Source: a bacterium (GTDB lineage Bacteria; Patescibacteriota; Minisyncoccia; Phycocordibacterales; JAGLPS01). From it: a DNA stretch of 64,000 nt. The stretch lies in assembly GCA_030690305.1 (NCBI GenBank), contig JAUYHB010000020.1, positions 23,535 to 87,534 on the forward strand. The letters run 5' to 3'. Shown here piece by piece: positions 1 to 7,795 of the stretch; the first letter of the stretch is position 1; each line of letters opens with the position of its first letter. The position numbers were made by a program, and so were the translations under genes. The notes under the pieces were generated by a model, which was not told the origin of the DNA, ran no database searches, and saw only the letters and a list, made by a program, of their open reading frames with translations.

Positions 1-642
1 GAGAAACTCCGCCGGAATTTCTTCTTCGCGGACCTCCTCTCCCATTTGTCCGTCAAAGTAAAACGCTTTCATTGTAAGCAGGTCAATAACTCCTTTATGA
101 TTTTCTTCATGACCGATGGGAATTTGCATGCGCACGGCTTTTTTACTTAGTCGGTCAAGAATTGTTTTATACGAGTGTTCAAAACTCGCTCCCATTCGGT
201 CGAGTTTGTTGATAAAACAAATACGGGGCACGTTCCCTTCGTCGGCATACCTCCAGTTTGTTTCGGACTGCGGTTCTACTCCGGCAACGCCGTCAAAGAC
301 GACAACCGCACCGTCAAGAACACGCAAAGAGCGTTTCACTTCGGCAGTAAAATCGATGTGCCCGGGAGTATCAATAATGTTAAAGCGACATTTTTCCGAA
401 ACATCCGTCTTCATGTAGGTTGGATTCCAAAAACAAGTAATGGCGGCGGCGGTAATCGTAATGCCGCGCTCTCGTTCCTGTTCCATCCAGTCCGTTACTG
501 TGTCTCCTTCGTGCACTTCCCCGATTTTGTGCGTCATTCCCGTGTAAAAGAGAACACGCTCTGACGTCGTTGTTTTGCCGGCGTCAATGTGAGCGATGAT
601 ACCGAAATTTCTGACTCTCTCTAGGGGATAATCGCGATTCAT
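1..642 (-). CDS. fusA: Elongation factor G, N-terminal part (runs off the window)
   Basis: Minus-strand frame from ATG at 642 reads [25 protein letters not shown] and later IDTPGHIDF; lies downstream of rpsL-rpsG. Not in the ORF track. Confidence 0.97.
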   Translation of the reverse strand, partial: MNRDYPLERVRNFGIIAHIDAGKTTTSERVLFYTGMTHKIGEVHEGDTVTDWMEQERERGITITAAAITCFWNPTYMKTDVSEKCRFNIIDTPGHIDFTAEVKRSLRVLDGAVVVFDGVAGVEPQSETNWRYADEGNVPRICFINKLDRMGASFEHSYKTILDRLSKKAVRMQIPIGHEENHKGVIDLLTMKAFYFDGQMGEEVREEEIPAEFL

Positions 643-678
643 AAAAAACTAAATGTATACTGCTCTATTAAAAAATAA

Positions 679-1149
679 TTACCAGGCGAAATGAGCGAAG
701 GCTTTGTTTGCTTCGGCCATTTTGTGAGTCATTTCTCGTTTTTTGACGGCCTCGCCTTGATTTTGGCTTGCCAAAAGAATTTCATCGGCAAGACGCATGT
801 GCATCGGTACTCCGGTTTTTGCTTTGGCGGCGTCAAGAATCCACTTCATTGCCAAGTACTGTCTTCGTTCCGGACGAACTTCGCGGGGAATCTGATAGTT
901 TGCCCCACCGACACGTCGGGAACGGACTTCAACCAAAGGCTCGGTGTTTTTGAGTGCGGTTTCAAAAATTTCAAGCGGGCTTTCGGTTTTCCCTTTTTCT
1001 TTCAGCACGTCAAATGTTGCGTACGCAAGCGTGCGTGCGGTGTTTTTCTTCCCGCTTTTCATTATGTAATTGATGAATTTCGAAATCTTTACGGACTGGT
1101 AGGTCGAATCGGGTCGAATTTCTATTTTTTTACTTAGTTTTCTGCGCAT
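679..1149 (-). CDS. rpsG: 30S ribosomal protein S7
   Basis: EVRSRRVGGANYQIP and HKMAEANKAFAHF motifs; str operon position. Confidence 0.99.
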   Translation of the reverse strand: MRRKLSKKIEIRPDSTYQSVKISKFINYIMKSGKKNTARTLAYATFDVLKEKGKTESPLEIFETALKNTEPLVEVRSRRVGGANYQIPREVRPERRQYLAMKWILDAAKAKTGVPMHMRLADEILLASQNQGEAVKKREMTHKMAEANKAFAHFAW

Positions 1150-1152
1150 ATG

Positions 1153-1566
1153 TTATGAAGATTTTGGTTTCTTGGTTCCATATTCACTTCTCTCTTTTCG
1201 GCGGGCTTCAACTCCAGACGCGTCAAGAATACCGCGAACGATTGTATAACGGAGACCGACGTCACGAACTTTTCCTCCGCGGACAAGCACAACCGAGTGT
1301 TCCTGAAGGTTGTGTCCTTCCCCGGGGATATAGGCGGTTACTTCCATTCCGTTTGTCAGACGCACACGGGCGATTTTACGGATAGCGGAGTTAGGCTTTC
1401 TTGGAGTTTTGGTCGTTACTTTCGTGCACACACCTCTCTTGAAAGGAGAGTTGTAAGCAATGGGACGGTTTTTGAGCACGTTGAAACCGCGTGTCAGAGC
1501 AAGGGTCTTTGACTTCCGTTTTGGGCTTTTTCTTTTGTGTTTTACCAATTGGTTGATCGTCGACAT
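1153..1566 (-). CDS. rpsL: 30S ribosomal protein S12
   Basis: [25 protein letters not shown] motifs; start taken at ATG 1566. Confidence 0.99.
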   Translation of the reverse strand: MSTINQLVKHKRKSPKRKSKTLALTRGFNVLKNRPIAYNSPFKRGVCTKVTTKTPRKPNSAIRKIARVRLTNGMEVTAYIPGEGHNLQEHSVVLVRGGKVRDVGLRYTIVRGILDASGVEARRKERSEYGTKKPKSS

Positions 1567-1590
1567 ACTTGTCAAAATAAAAACCTGATT

Positions 1591-1651
1591 TTTGTTTTAA
1601 CGTTGCGGAAACATATGAGCAGGAATGCCGCTCCTCGCTCGTCAAAATAAA
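1591..1651. repeat. Structured intergenic repeat, subtype A
   Basis: Closing stem TTTGTTTTAACG...CGTCAAAATAAA with internal CGCTCCTCGCTCG; similar to 5543, 24805 and 28783. Confidence 0.55.
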
Positions 1652-1713
1652 CAAAAAAGCGCTTCCGCTTTAGTAGCCAATACTTTAATATGGTCGGCCT
1701 AAAAATGCAAGCA

Positions 1714-2337
1714 TCATTGGAACGAAATACCGGTAATAAGAGAGAAGAGAAAGGCGACAATTGGCGTAATAAATCCCCAAAGAAAGAATACAAATATAAG
1801 GAGGAGAAAAAGGCTCCATTCCTCAATGCGGGCCCGCCACTCATAGAGACGGTGCGGAAAAAGGGCAAAAAGGATTTTTGAACCATCAAGCGGTGGGATA
1901 GGGATAAGATTAAAAACCGCCAATATAAGATTTATCTGAACAAGAAGCACCGCGATTGAAAGAAAAGTTTCCGGAAGAAATCCGTATAAAAGACCGAAAC
2001 GCACGAGCAGCCCAAATACGCTAGCGAGTACAAGATTTGTTGCAGGACCGGCGCCGGCGACGAGGGCCTCTCCCCACCTTGGACTTTTAAGGTTGTACGG
2101 ATTGTACGGAACCGGTTTCGCCCACCCGAAAATAAATCCTCCCGCGTAGTAAGAAATCGCGGGAACAATTACCGATCCGAGGGGGTCGATATGGCGAAAC
2201 GGGTTAAGTGTCAGTCTTCCGGAAATTTTTGCCGTATCATCTCCCAGAGCAAGGGCCATATAGCCATGCGACACCTCGTGAGAAACAACGGACATAATAA
2301 GAATGGCTATGGCAAAAATGAAGTCCAACTCTTGCAT
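1714..2337 (-). CDS. Site-2 protease (M50 family membrane zinc metalloprotease)
   Basis: HEVSH and NLIPIPPLDG motifs, hydrophobic segments. Confidence 0.93.
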   Translation of the reverse strand: MQELDFIFAIAILIMSVVSHEVSHGYMALALGDDTAKISGRLTLNPFRHIDPLGSVIVPAISYYAGGFIFGWAKPVPYNPYNLKSPRWGEALVAGAGPATNLVLASVFGLLVRFGLLYGFLPETFLSIAVLLVQINLILAVFNLIPIPPLDGSKILFALFPHRLYEWRARIEEWSLFLLLIFVFFLWGFITPIVAFLFSLITGISFQ

Positions 2338-2381
2338 AGTAATGTCGTTAATGATACCATCAGGTACTAAATTACAAAAAT

Positions 2382-2624
2382 ATGGCTAATATTTGCCCGA
2401 TAACAAACAAATCATCGAAAAACGGCGGTGGCTACAGCAACAGAACGCGTGCCACGCAGTTTAACCCTGTCGGGAAAAGCCGGAAGCAGGTCAACATTCA
2501 GAAAAAGAAAATCTATATTCCGGAACTCAAGAAAACAATTGCTCTGATGCTTTCCACAAAAGCAATAAAGACAATCCAAAAGAACGGTGCTTTCGCCACT
2601 CTAAAAAAAGCAGGCCTTATCTAA
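2382..2624 (+). CDS. rpmB: 50S ribosomal protein L28
   Basis: Small basic protein with an L28-type pattern (ICPITNK...RKQVNIQKKKIY...LSTKAIKTI). Confidence 0.85.
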   Translation: MANICPITNKSSKNGGGYSNRTRATQFNPVGKSRKQVNIQKKKIYIPELKKTIALMLSTKAIKTIQKNGAFATLKKAGLI

Positions 2625-2647
2625 CCCAATCCGCCTCTCGGCGGATT

Positions 2648-3502
2648 TTAGTTTGCAAGTACGGGTTCTCCCCCGTCAGAGGTGAATATGATTGTTCCCA
2701 TTTCATCAGTTCGTACAATTTGTGCGCCAAAATCGGAGAGGGTCTGAAGGACTTCCGCGTGCGGATGCCCATATGAATTATTTTCACCCGCGGAAATCAC
2801 GGCATAGTCCGGAGAAGTCGCGCTTACGAATGCTTTTCCCGTGGAAGTTTTTGACCCGTGATGTCCGGCTTTTAAGACATCAACATCAACGCCTGTTGCG
2901 TTAAGAAATGTAAGATAATTTTCAATTTCTTTCGGAGAATCCCCGGTTAAAAGAAAGGATGATTCCTCATAAGTAAGAATTCCCACGATAGAGGCGGTAT
3001 TCGTTTCAAAATCAGTGACATCTCTGTCAGGAAACAGGACAAGAAAAGAGACGCCACTTCCCAAATTGATTTTCATTCCGCGCCTTGCAAGAATTTTTTT
3101 AGCACCTTCATTAGCAACAGATTTTCCAAGTGTCTTATATATCGCCGTATCGGAGGAAACTCCCGGTTCAATAAAAGTTTTTATATTGAAATGTTCAAAC
3201 ACCGAGGGAAGCCCACCGATATGGTCGGCGTCAGGGTGGGTGGCAAGCACGATATTTATAGATTTATCATATAAGGGCATCACTTTGGAAAGCTGCGAGA
3301 GCACCGCTTTCCCTTTTCCGCCGTCAATAAGCATTTGATTTCCGTTTGGTGCTTGAATAAAAATTGCATCACCTTGTCCGACATCAAGGAAGGTGACAGT
3401 AAGATGTCCCCTCTCTTCGCCATAAACCGCATACCATATAAAACCATTGACAATAAAAAGAAAGACGAGAACAAAAACCCTGAAACGTGTGTAGTAATTC
3501 AT
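2648..3502 (-). CDS. ComEC-type metallo-beta-lactamase-fold nuclease domain (stand-alone)
   Basis: FLDVGQGDA, THPDADHIGG, LLTGD, KAGHHGS and NSYGHPH motifs; N-terminal TM helix. Confidence 0.92.
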   Translation of the reverse strand: MNYYTRFRVFVLVFLFIVNGFIWYAVYGEERGHLTVTFLDVGQGDAIFIQAPNGNQMLIDGGKGKAVLSQLSKVMPLYDKSINIVLATHPDADHIGGLPSVFEHFNIKTFIEPGVSSDTAIYKTLGKSVANEGAKKILARRGMKINLGSGVSFLVLFPDRDVTDFETNTASIVGILTYEESSFLLTGDSPKEIENYLTFLNATGVDVDVLKAGHHGSKTSTGKAFVSATSPDYAVISAGENNSYGHPHAEVLQTLSDFGAQIVRTDEMGTIIFTSDGGEPVLAN

Positions 3503-3520
3503 TGGAAACTACTTCTGTGT

Positions 3521-3601
3521 TTACGTTTCTTCAAGTGGGTACTTCGCGTTTTTGTTGGCCTGATGGATACCAAAAATGTTTCCTTCGCTGTCTATGTACA
3601 T
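3521..3601 (-). pseudogene. Possible C-terminal remnant of a VOC/glyoxalase-family gene
   Basis: 26-codon frame MYIDSEGNIFGIHQANKNAKYPLEET resembles the D-x-E-G-N-x-F-G end of VOC proteins; an in-frame stop lies just upstream. Confidence 0.35.
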
Positions 3602-3687
3602 GCAAATTGACTACGTGTGTTATTAATACAATGTTTTAGTTAACCTATTTTAGCACAAGGAGATTTTCTTAATTTCTTTAGGCTTGA

Positions 3688-3918
3688 TTATGAAACGTTG
3701 ACGTTTCGTGGAAGCCAATCGATAAGTTTTTTGCGATGCTGGTCAAGCGACCATAGGTTGCCGTGCTTAAAAAGCATTGAGTGTGCGCTTTGAAACTTTT
3801 TTAACAACTCGACAGAGGCGCGCGGATAGCCTTCGGGCATATTTTTATTATAGAATTCCAAAAAAGCAGAAAGAGATATCTGCATTTCGCTCGGTTTTAA
3901 TTCTTTCTCGCGTTTCAT
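3688..3918 (-). CDS. Small hypothetical protein (76 aa)
   Basis: ORF from ATG 3918, preceded by TTGATT-17-TATTAT located 6 nt upstream. Confidence 0.7.
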   Translation of the reverse strand: MKREKELKPSEMQISLSAFLEFYNKNMPEGYPRASVELLKKFQSAHSMLFKHGNLWSLDQHRKKLIDWLPRNVNVS

Positions 3919-4021
3919 CTCATAATAATACCACATATCAATGGAAAAATCAATATTTAAGGCCAAAAATTATCTGACTTTTTGAATTCAAAAAACACAA
4001 ATGTGATAAAATGGGAATATT

Positions 4022-4615
4022 ATGCATACATACTCACCACAAAAATTCAGCATCCCGACGTTAAAAGGAATCTCGCAAAAGCAGATTGATATACACTTGG
4101 TCCTCTACGATGGATACGTCAAGCACGTCAACCTCATCCGCGAGCGGATACAGGAATTGAACACCGAGCCGGAAAAGAATAATTATCTTGCTTCGGAAAT
4201 CCGTCGTCGCTTCGCTTTTGAATTCAACGGCATGCGTTTGCACGAATTTTATTTCACATCATTTGAAGGAGGCTCCAAGGAAGCGAATACCGAAAGCGAA
4301 TTGGCAAAAAGCGTTTCCGAAAAATACGGAAGCTGGCAAAAGTTTATCGAGCACTTTACGACCGTCGGACTCACGCGCGGAAACGGCTGGTCAATTCTCT
4401 ACTACGACCCCATTGGCAAAACTCCTCATGTCATTTGGGTAGACGAACATCACATCGGGCACCTCGGTTCTTTGCCTGTAATTTTGGCTATGGATATGTG
4501 GGAGCATGCATATATGGTGGACTATCTCCCCGCACAAAAAAAAGAGCATATTACAGCCTTTCTTTCCAACATTAATTGGGAGACTGTGGAAAAAAGATTG
4601 AAAGAGGTCATTTGA
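4022..4615 (+). CDS. Fe/Mn superoxide dismutase family protein
   Basis: DMWEHAY metal-ligand motif, N-terminal H...GYV and NGMRLHEFYF. Confidence 0.92.
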   Translation: MHTYSPQKFSIPTLKGISQKQIDIHLVLYDGYVKHVNLIRERIQELNTEPEKNNYLASEIRRRFAFEFNGMRLHEFYFTSFEGGSKEANTESELAKSVSEKYGSWQKFIEHFTTVGLTRGNGWSILYYDPIGKTPHVIWVDEHHIGHLGSLPVILAMDMWEHAYMVDYLPAQKKEHITAFLSNINWETVEKRLKEVI

Positions 4616-4715
4616 CTTCTTGCAAAACAAGACTATTCTACGAGTAGAAGAGAGAGTCTGTTTGAGAGTCTATTTTAAAGATTAAGTTCATTGCCAACCG
4701 AAAAAGGAGGGGGCT

Positions 4716-5459
4716 ATGAGGTATAGAACCTTTATGCTTTTTGTTATTGCAATTGTTACAATCTTTTCGCTCTGCGGATGCGCCGCAACCCAGATTGCAA
4801 TGGAGCACAAAAACCTTGATGTTCAGACAAAAATGTCTGACACCATCTTTCTGTCTCCCGAGGAATTGGGGGACAAAACCGTTTGGGTTGATTTGAAAAA
4901 CACGTCCGACAAAGACGTCGACCTTGGAGGAATCATTTCAACTCTTCAAGCAAGGGGCTATAGAATAGTCTCAAGTTACAAAGAGCCTCACAACCTAAGG
5001 CTTCAGGTTAATTTGCTACAAGCCGAAAAGACATCGCTTTCGGCCGCACAGCAATCGCTTCTCAACGGCTACGGCGGAGCGCTTGTCGGCGGAGTGGCCG
5101 GAGCATCTATCGGATCTCGCGGAGGATACGGAACTGCGGCTGCAGGAGGTATCGGCGGTGCACTTCTGGGAGGACTGATTGAAACAATGATAAACGCGAG
5201 CGTGAAGGACGTAACCTATATGATGGTTACGGACGTGCAGGTTTCCGCCCATTCGAATAAAAAAGTTTCTCAACAAATGGCCGGGAGCATAAGGCAAGGA
5301 ACATCGACCTCTCTGACGCAGAACGTCAGCGACGAGTCGGATTGGATAATTTACAGGACTCGGATAGTCAGCACGGCAAACAAGGTCAACCTGAAATTCC
5401 CTCAAGCATTACCGGAATTGGAGGCTGGCCTCAATCGGGTTATAGGAAATATTCTATAA
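4716..5459 (+). CDS. traT: TraT complement-resistance / surface-exclusion lipoprotein
   Basis: Lipobox-like LCGC; NLDVQTKMSDTIFL, KNTSDKD, TDVQV, RQGTS and TRIVSTANKVNLKF match F-plasmid TraT motifs; Gly-rich hydrophobic centre; strong SD AAAGGAGG. Confidence 0.93.
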   Translation: MRYRTFMLFVIAIVTIFSLCGCAATQIAMEHKNLDVQTKMSDTIFLSPEELGDKTVWVDLKNTSDKDVDLGGIISTLQARGYRIVSSYKEPHNLRLQVNLLQAEKTSLSAAQQSLLNGYGGALVGGVAGASIGSRGGYGTAAAGGIGGALLGGLIETMINASVKDVTYMMVTDVQVSAHSNKKVSQQMAGSIRQGTSTSLTQNVSDESDWIIYRTRIVSTANKVNLKFPQALPELEAGLNRVIGNIL

Positions 5460-5478
5460 ACGACTCTCTCAAAAACTC

Positions 5479-5520
5479 ACAGCCCGTCTTGATATACATC
5501 AAGACGGGCTGTTTTTTTTT
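5479..5520 (+). terminator. Rho-independent terminator of traT
   Basis: Perfect stem CAGCCCGTCTTGAT/ATCAAGACGGGCTG followed by T9. Confidence 0.9.
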
Positions 5521-5542
5521 GGAAATAAAGGGTATTAAACAC

Positions 5543-5614
5543 TTTGTTTCGACTTCGACTCGAACGCTATGAACATGAAGACATGCTCACACGCTTCTCG
5601 CTCGTCGAAATAAA
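5543..5614. repeat. Structured intergenic repeat, subtype A (overlaps the comEC 3' end)
   Basis: TTTGTTTCGAC...CGCTTCTCGCTCGTCGAAATAAA. Confidence 0.6.
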
Positions 5615-7080
5615 AATAGAAAAATAAAAATATATAACACAGCGGTTACAAAACCGGACAAATGAATCACCGCGACGGAAAACGGAAGATTTGAAAAGAA
5701 ATGGGCAACGGCAAAAACATATGAAGAAATAATAGAAGTGAAAAGAGAAAATGGCGCTGCAAGCACGGGAGAAAATAAACCGACACACGCCGTCACAAAA
5801 CCGCTAAACATGATAAGCGGAGTAAGAGGGAGGACTAAAAGATTGACCGGAAACGCCATAAGCGGGAACTCCCCTCCCCGGTAAACAATCAAAGGTAAGA
5901 CAAGGAGTTGCGTGGCAATGGTTGCAACGGCAATTTCTTTAAACTGTGCCGGAATTTTTGAAAAATATTTTTCTATGAGGGGAGAAATTGCTATGAGCCC
6001 GAGTGTGGCAAGAAAAGACAACTGGAATGACGGGTCGAAAGCGGCGGTATAAGGATTGAAAAGTATCATAAGAAAAGCGACAAGACATAACAGCCGCACC
6101 GGAGCGGCATGCCGATAAAGCAATTTCCCAAGAATAACAACAAGGGCCATGAGCGCCGCGCGGACAATGCTCGCTTCAAAACCAACCATTGAAACGAACA
6201 GCAACACAAATGTCGACGCGAGGACATATGCGATTGTACGCGGAAGAAAAGAAGAGAAAAGCCAAAGGCTTGCCAGCACCACGAGAGAAATGTTGTAACC
6301 GGACAAAACGACAATATGAATAATGCCCGTTTTCCTGAATTCATCTTCAACATCTTTCGGAATAGACTGTTTTTCACCGAGCAACATTCCCGCAACCAGG
6401 GAAGCGTGCGGTTCCGGAAGAGTGCGGATAAGGCTTTGGGTGAATGTCTTTTTCATGGCAAGCAATTCCCGTCTTAAAGAGAAACTTGCACTCGGCGAAA
6501 CCGATTGTATCTGCACATTTTTTATCGTATACAGAATGCCGTCTTTTTTCAGATACGAAACATAATCGAAGGTAATTCCATATTCATTTTCAAATGACTT
6601 CGGCTTTTCAAGTATGCCTAAAAGGAAAACCGTATCGCCGTACTGAAACGATTGATATGGATCTGTGGTAACAAGAATTTTGTTTTTCTTGGAAAAATTG
6701 GCCGGAATTTCAGTCCCATTTATGTTCTGCGCGAGAAGGATAATCCGAGCGGTCGTGTCCCCTTCCCGCGGCTCATCAACGATAATCCCGGAAACGGAAA
6801 TACGTTCTGAAACAAAATCCGTGAAACGCTCTTGCGGAACAGCGAAATGGAAACGTAATGACCCGAAAGCAAATGCCAAAAAGAAAACTGCCAGAGAGGC
6901 AAGCGGCACAAAGATTTTTCCGCGCGTTTTCTTCAGAAAGAAAAAATACACAAAGAGATAAAAGGAAATGAGAAAGAAAAAACAAATTGAATAAATATCA
7001 AGAGAAACAAAAGAGCGGAGGAAAACTCCGCCCACAAAGCCGAAAAATAAACTATACAACCCTGCCGCCAAGCCCTTCAT
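5587..7080 (-). CDS. comEC: ComEC/Rec2 competence DNA-uptake channel (OB + Competence domains)
   Basis: TGIIHIVVLSGYNI, SIVRAALM and SFQLSFLAT motifs; multi-TM. Confidence 0.95.
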   Translation of the reverse strand: MKGLAAGLYSLFFGFVGGVFLRSFVSLDIYSICFFFLISFYLFVYFFFLKKTRGKIFVPLASLAVFFLAFAFGSLRFHFAVPQERFTDFVSERISVSGIIVDEPREGDTTARIILLAQNINGTEIPANFSKKNKILVTTDPYQSFQYGDTVFLLGILEKPKSFENEYGITFDYVSYLKKDGILYTIKNVQIQSVSPSASFSLRRELLAMKKTFTQSLIRTLPEPHASLVAGMLLGEKQSIPKDVEDEFRKTGIIHIVVLSGYNISLVVLASLWLFSSFLPRTIAYVLASTFVLLFVSMVGFEASIVRAALMALVVILGKLLYRHAAPVRLLCLVAFLMILFNPYTAAFDPSFQLSFLATLGLIAISPLIEKYFSKIPAQFKEIAVATIATQLLVLPLIVYRGGEFPLMAFPVNLLVLPLTPLIMFSGFVTACVGLFSPVLAAPFSLFTSIISSYVFAVAHFFSNLPFSVAVIHLSGFVTAVLYIFIFLFLFRRARSV

Positions 7081-7771
7081 ATTCCTTTATGAGCGCCGTC
7101 TCGTCCAAGTCGTCGCTTGTTTTTCGAAACCGGGCAGGTTTTCCCTTCACGGCCTTCTCGCACTCGCCCCATGTTGTGTGAATCCGAATAACACCGTCAA
7201 GCAGACTCACATACGAGTACGCTTTCACGTTTTTTCTTGACTTGCCTTCTTCGCGTTTTTCTCTTTTTCCTTCGTCATAGTCGGTATTTAAAATATCAAT
7301 GCCATATTTGGGAAGCGGGCCGATATAGAGTTTCATATCCGTGCTCGTTGAAAATGATGCGGCAATCATATCCACTCGCTCGTTTCCGGGAAGTCCACTA
7401 TGTCCGGAAACATGCCTCCACTCAATCTGTTTCTCTGAAATAAGACGGGCAAGATCTTGCCACAAAGAAAGATTAGCGACTTCTTTTTTGGCTTTTGTTT
7501 TCCATCCGCGTGTCTGCCAGTTCGTAAGCCACTTCTGCGCTCCGTTCACGACATATGCGGAATCGGTAAATAAGATGATCGGCGTATCATTTTTCACAGC
7601 CGAGAGTCCCCGCACAACCGCTTCCAATTCCATGGCATTGTTTGTTACGTTTTTTGCCGCACCTCCCAATTCCGCAACCGTTTCATTTTGGACAATAATA
7701 CTTCCCCATCCCCCATTACCTGGGTTCCCCGATGAAGCACCGTCCGCAAAAATAATCGTCTGATTCTTCAT
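7052..7771 (-). CDS. rnhA: Ribonuclease HI with C-terminal hybrid-binding (Cauli_VI-like) domain
   Basis: FADGASSGNPG, TNNAMEL, TDSAYV, HVSGHSG, GNERVD; C-terminal TWGECEKAVKG. Confidence 0.95.
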   Translation of the reverse strand: MKNQTIIFADGASSGNPGNGGWGSIIVQNETVAELGGAAKNVTNNAMELEAVVRGLSAVKNDTPIILFTDSAYVVNGAQKWLTNWQTRGWKTKAKKEVANLSLWQDLARLISEKQIEWRHVSGHSGLPGNERVDMIAASFSTSTDMKLYIGPLPKYGIDILNTDYDEGKREKREEGKSRKNVKAYSYVSLLDGVIRIHTTWGECEKAVKGKPARFRKTSDDLDETALIKEYEGLGGRVV

Positions 7772-7795
7772 TACACTCAGTATAACAAGAAAGAT

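Noticed and set aside
116-564. Plus-strand ORFs 116-418 and 175-564, and the many other antisense or overlapping ORFs in the track
   Set aside because: They are shadows of well-supported genes on the opposite strand or frame (here fusA) and show no independent motifs.
4716-5459. traT as evidence of an integrated plasmid
   Set aside because: There are no other tra, rep or mob genes nearby, and the flanks are chromosomal genes.
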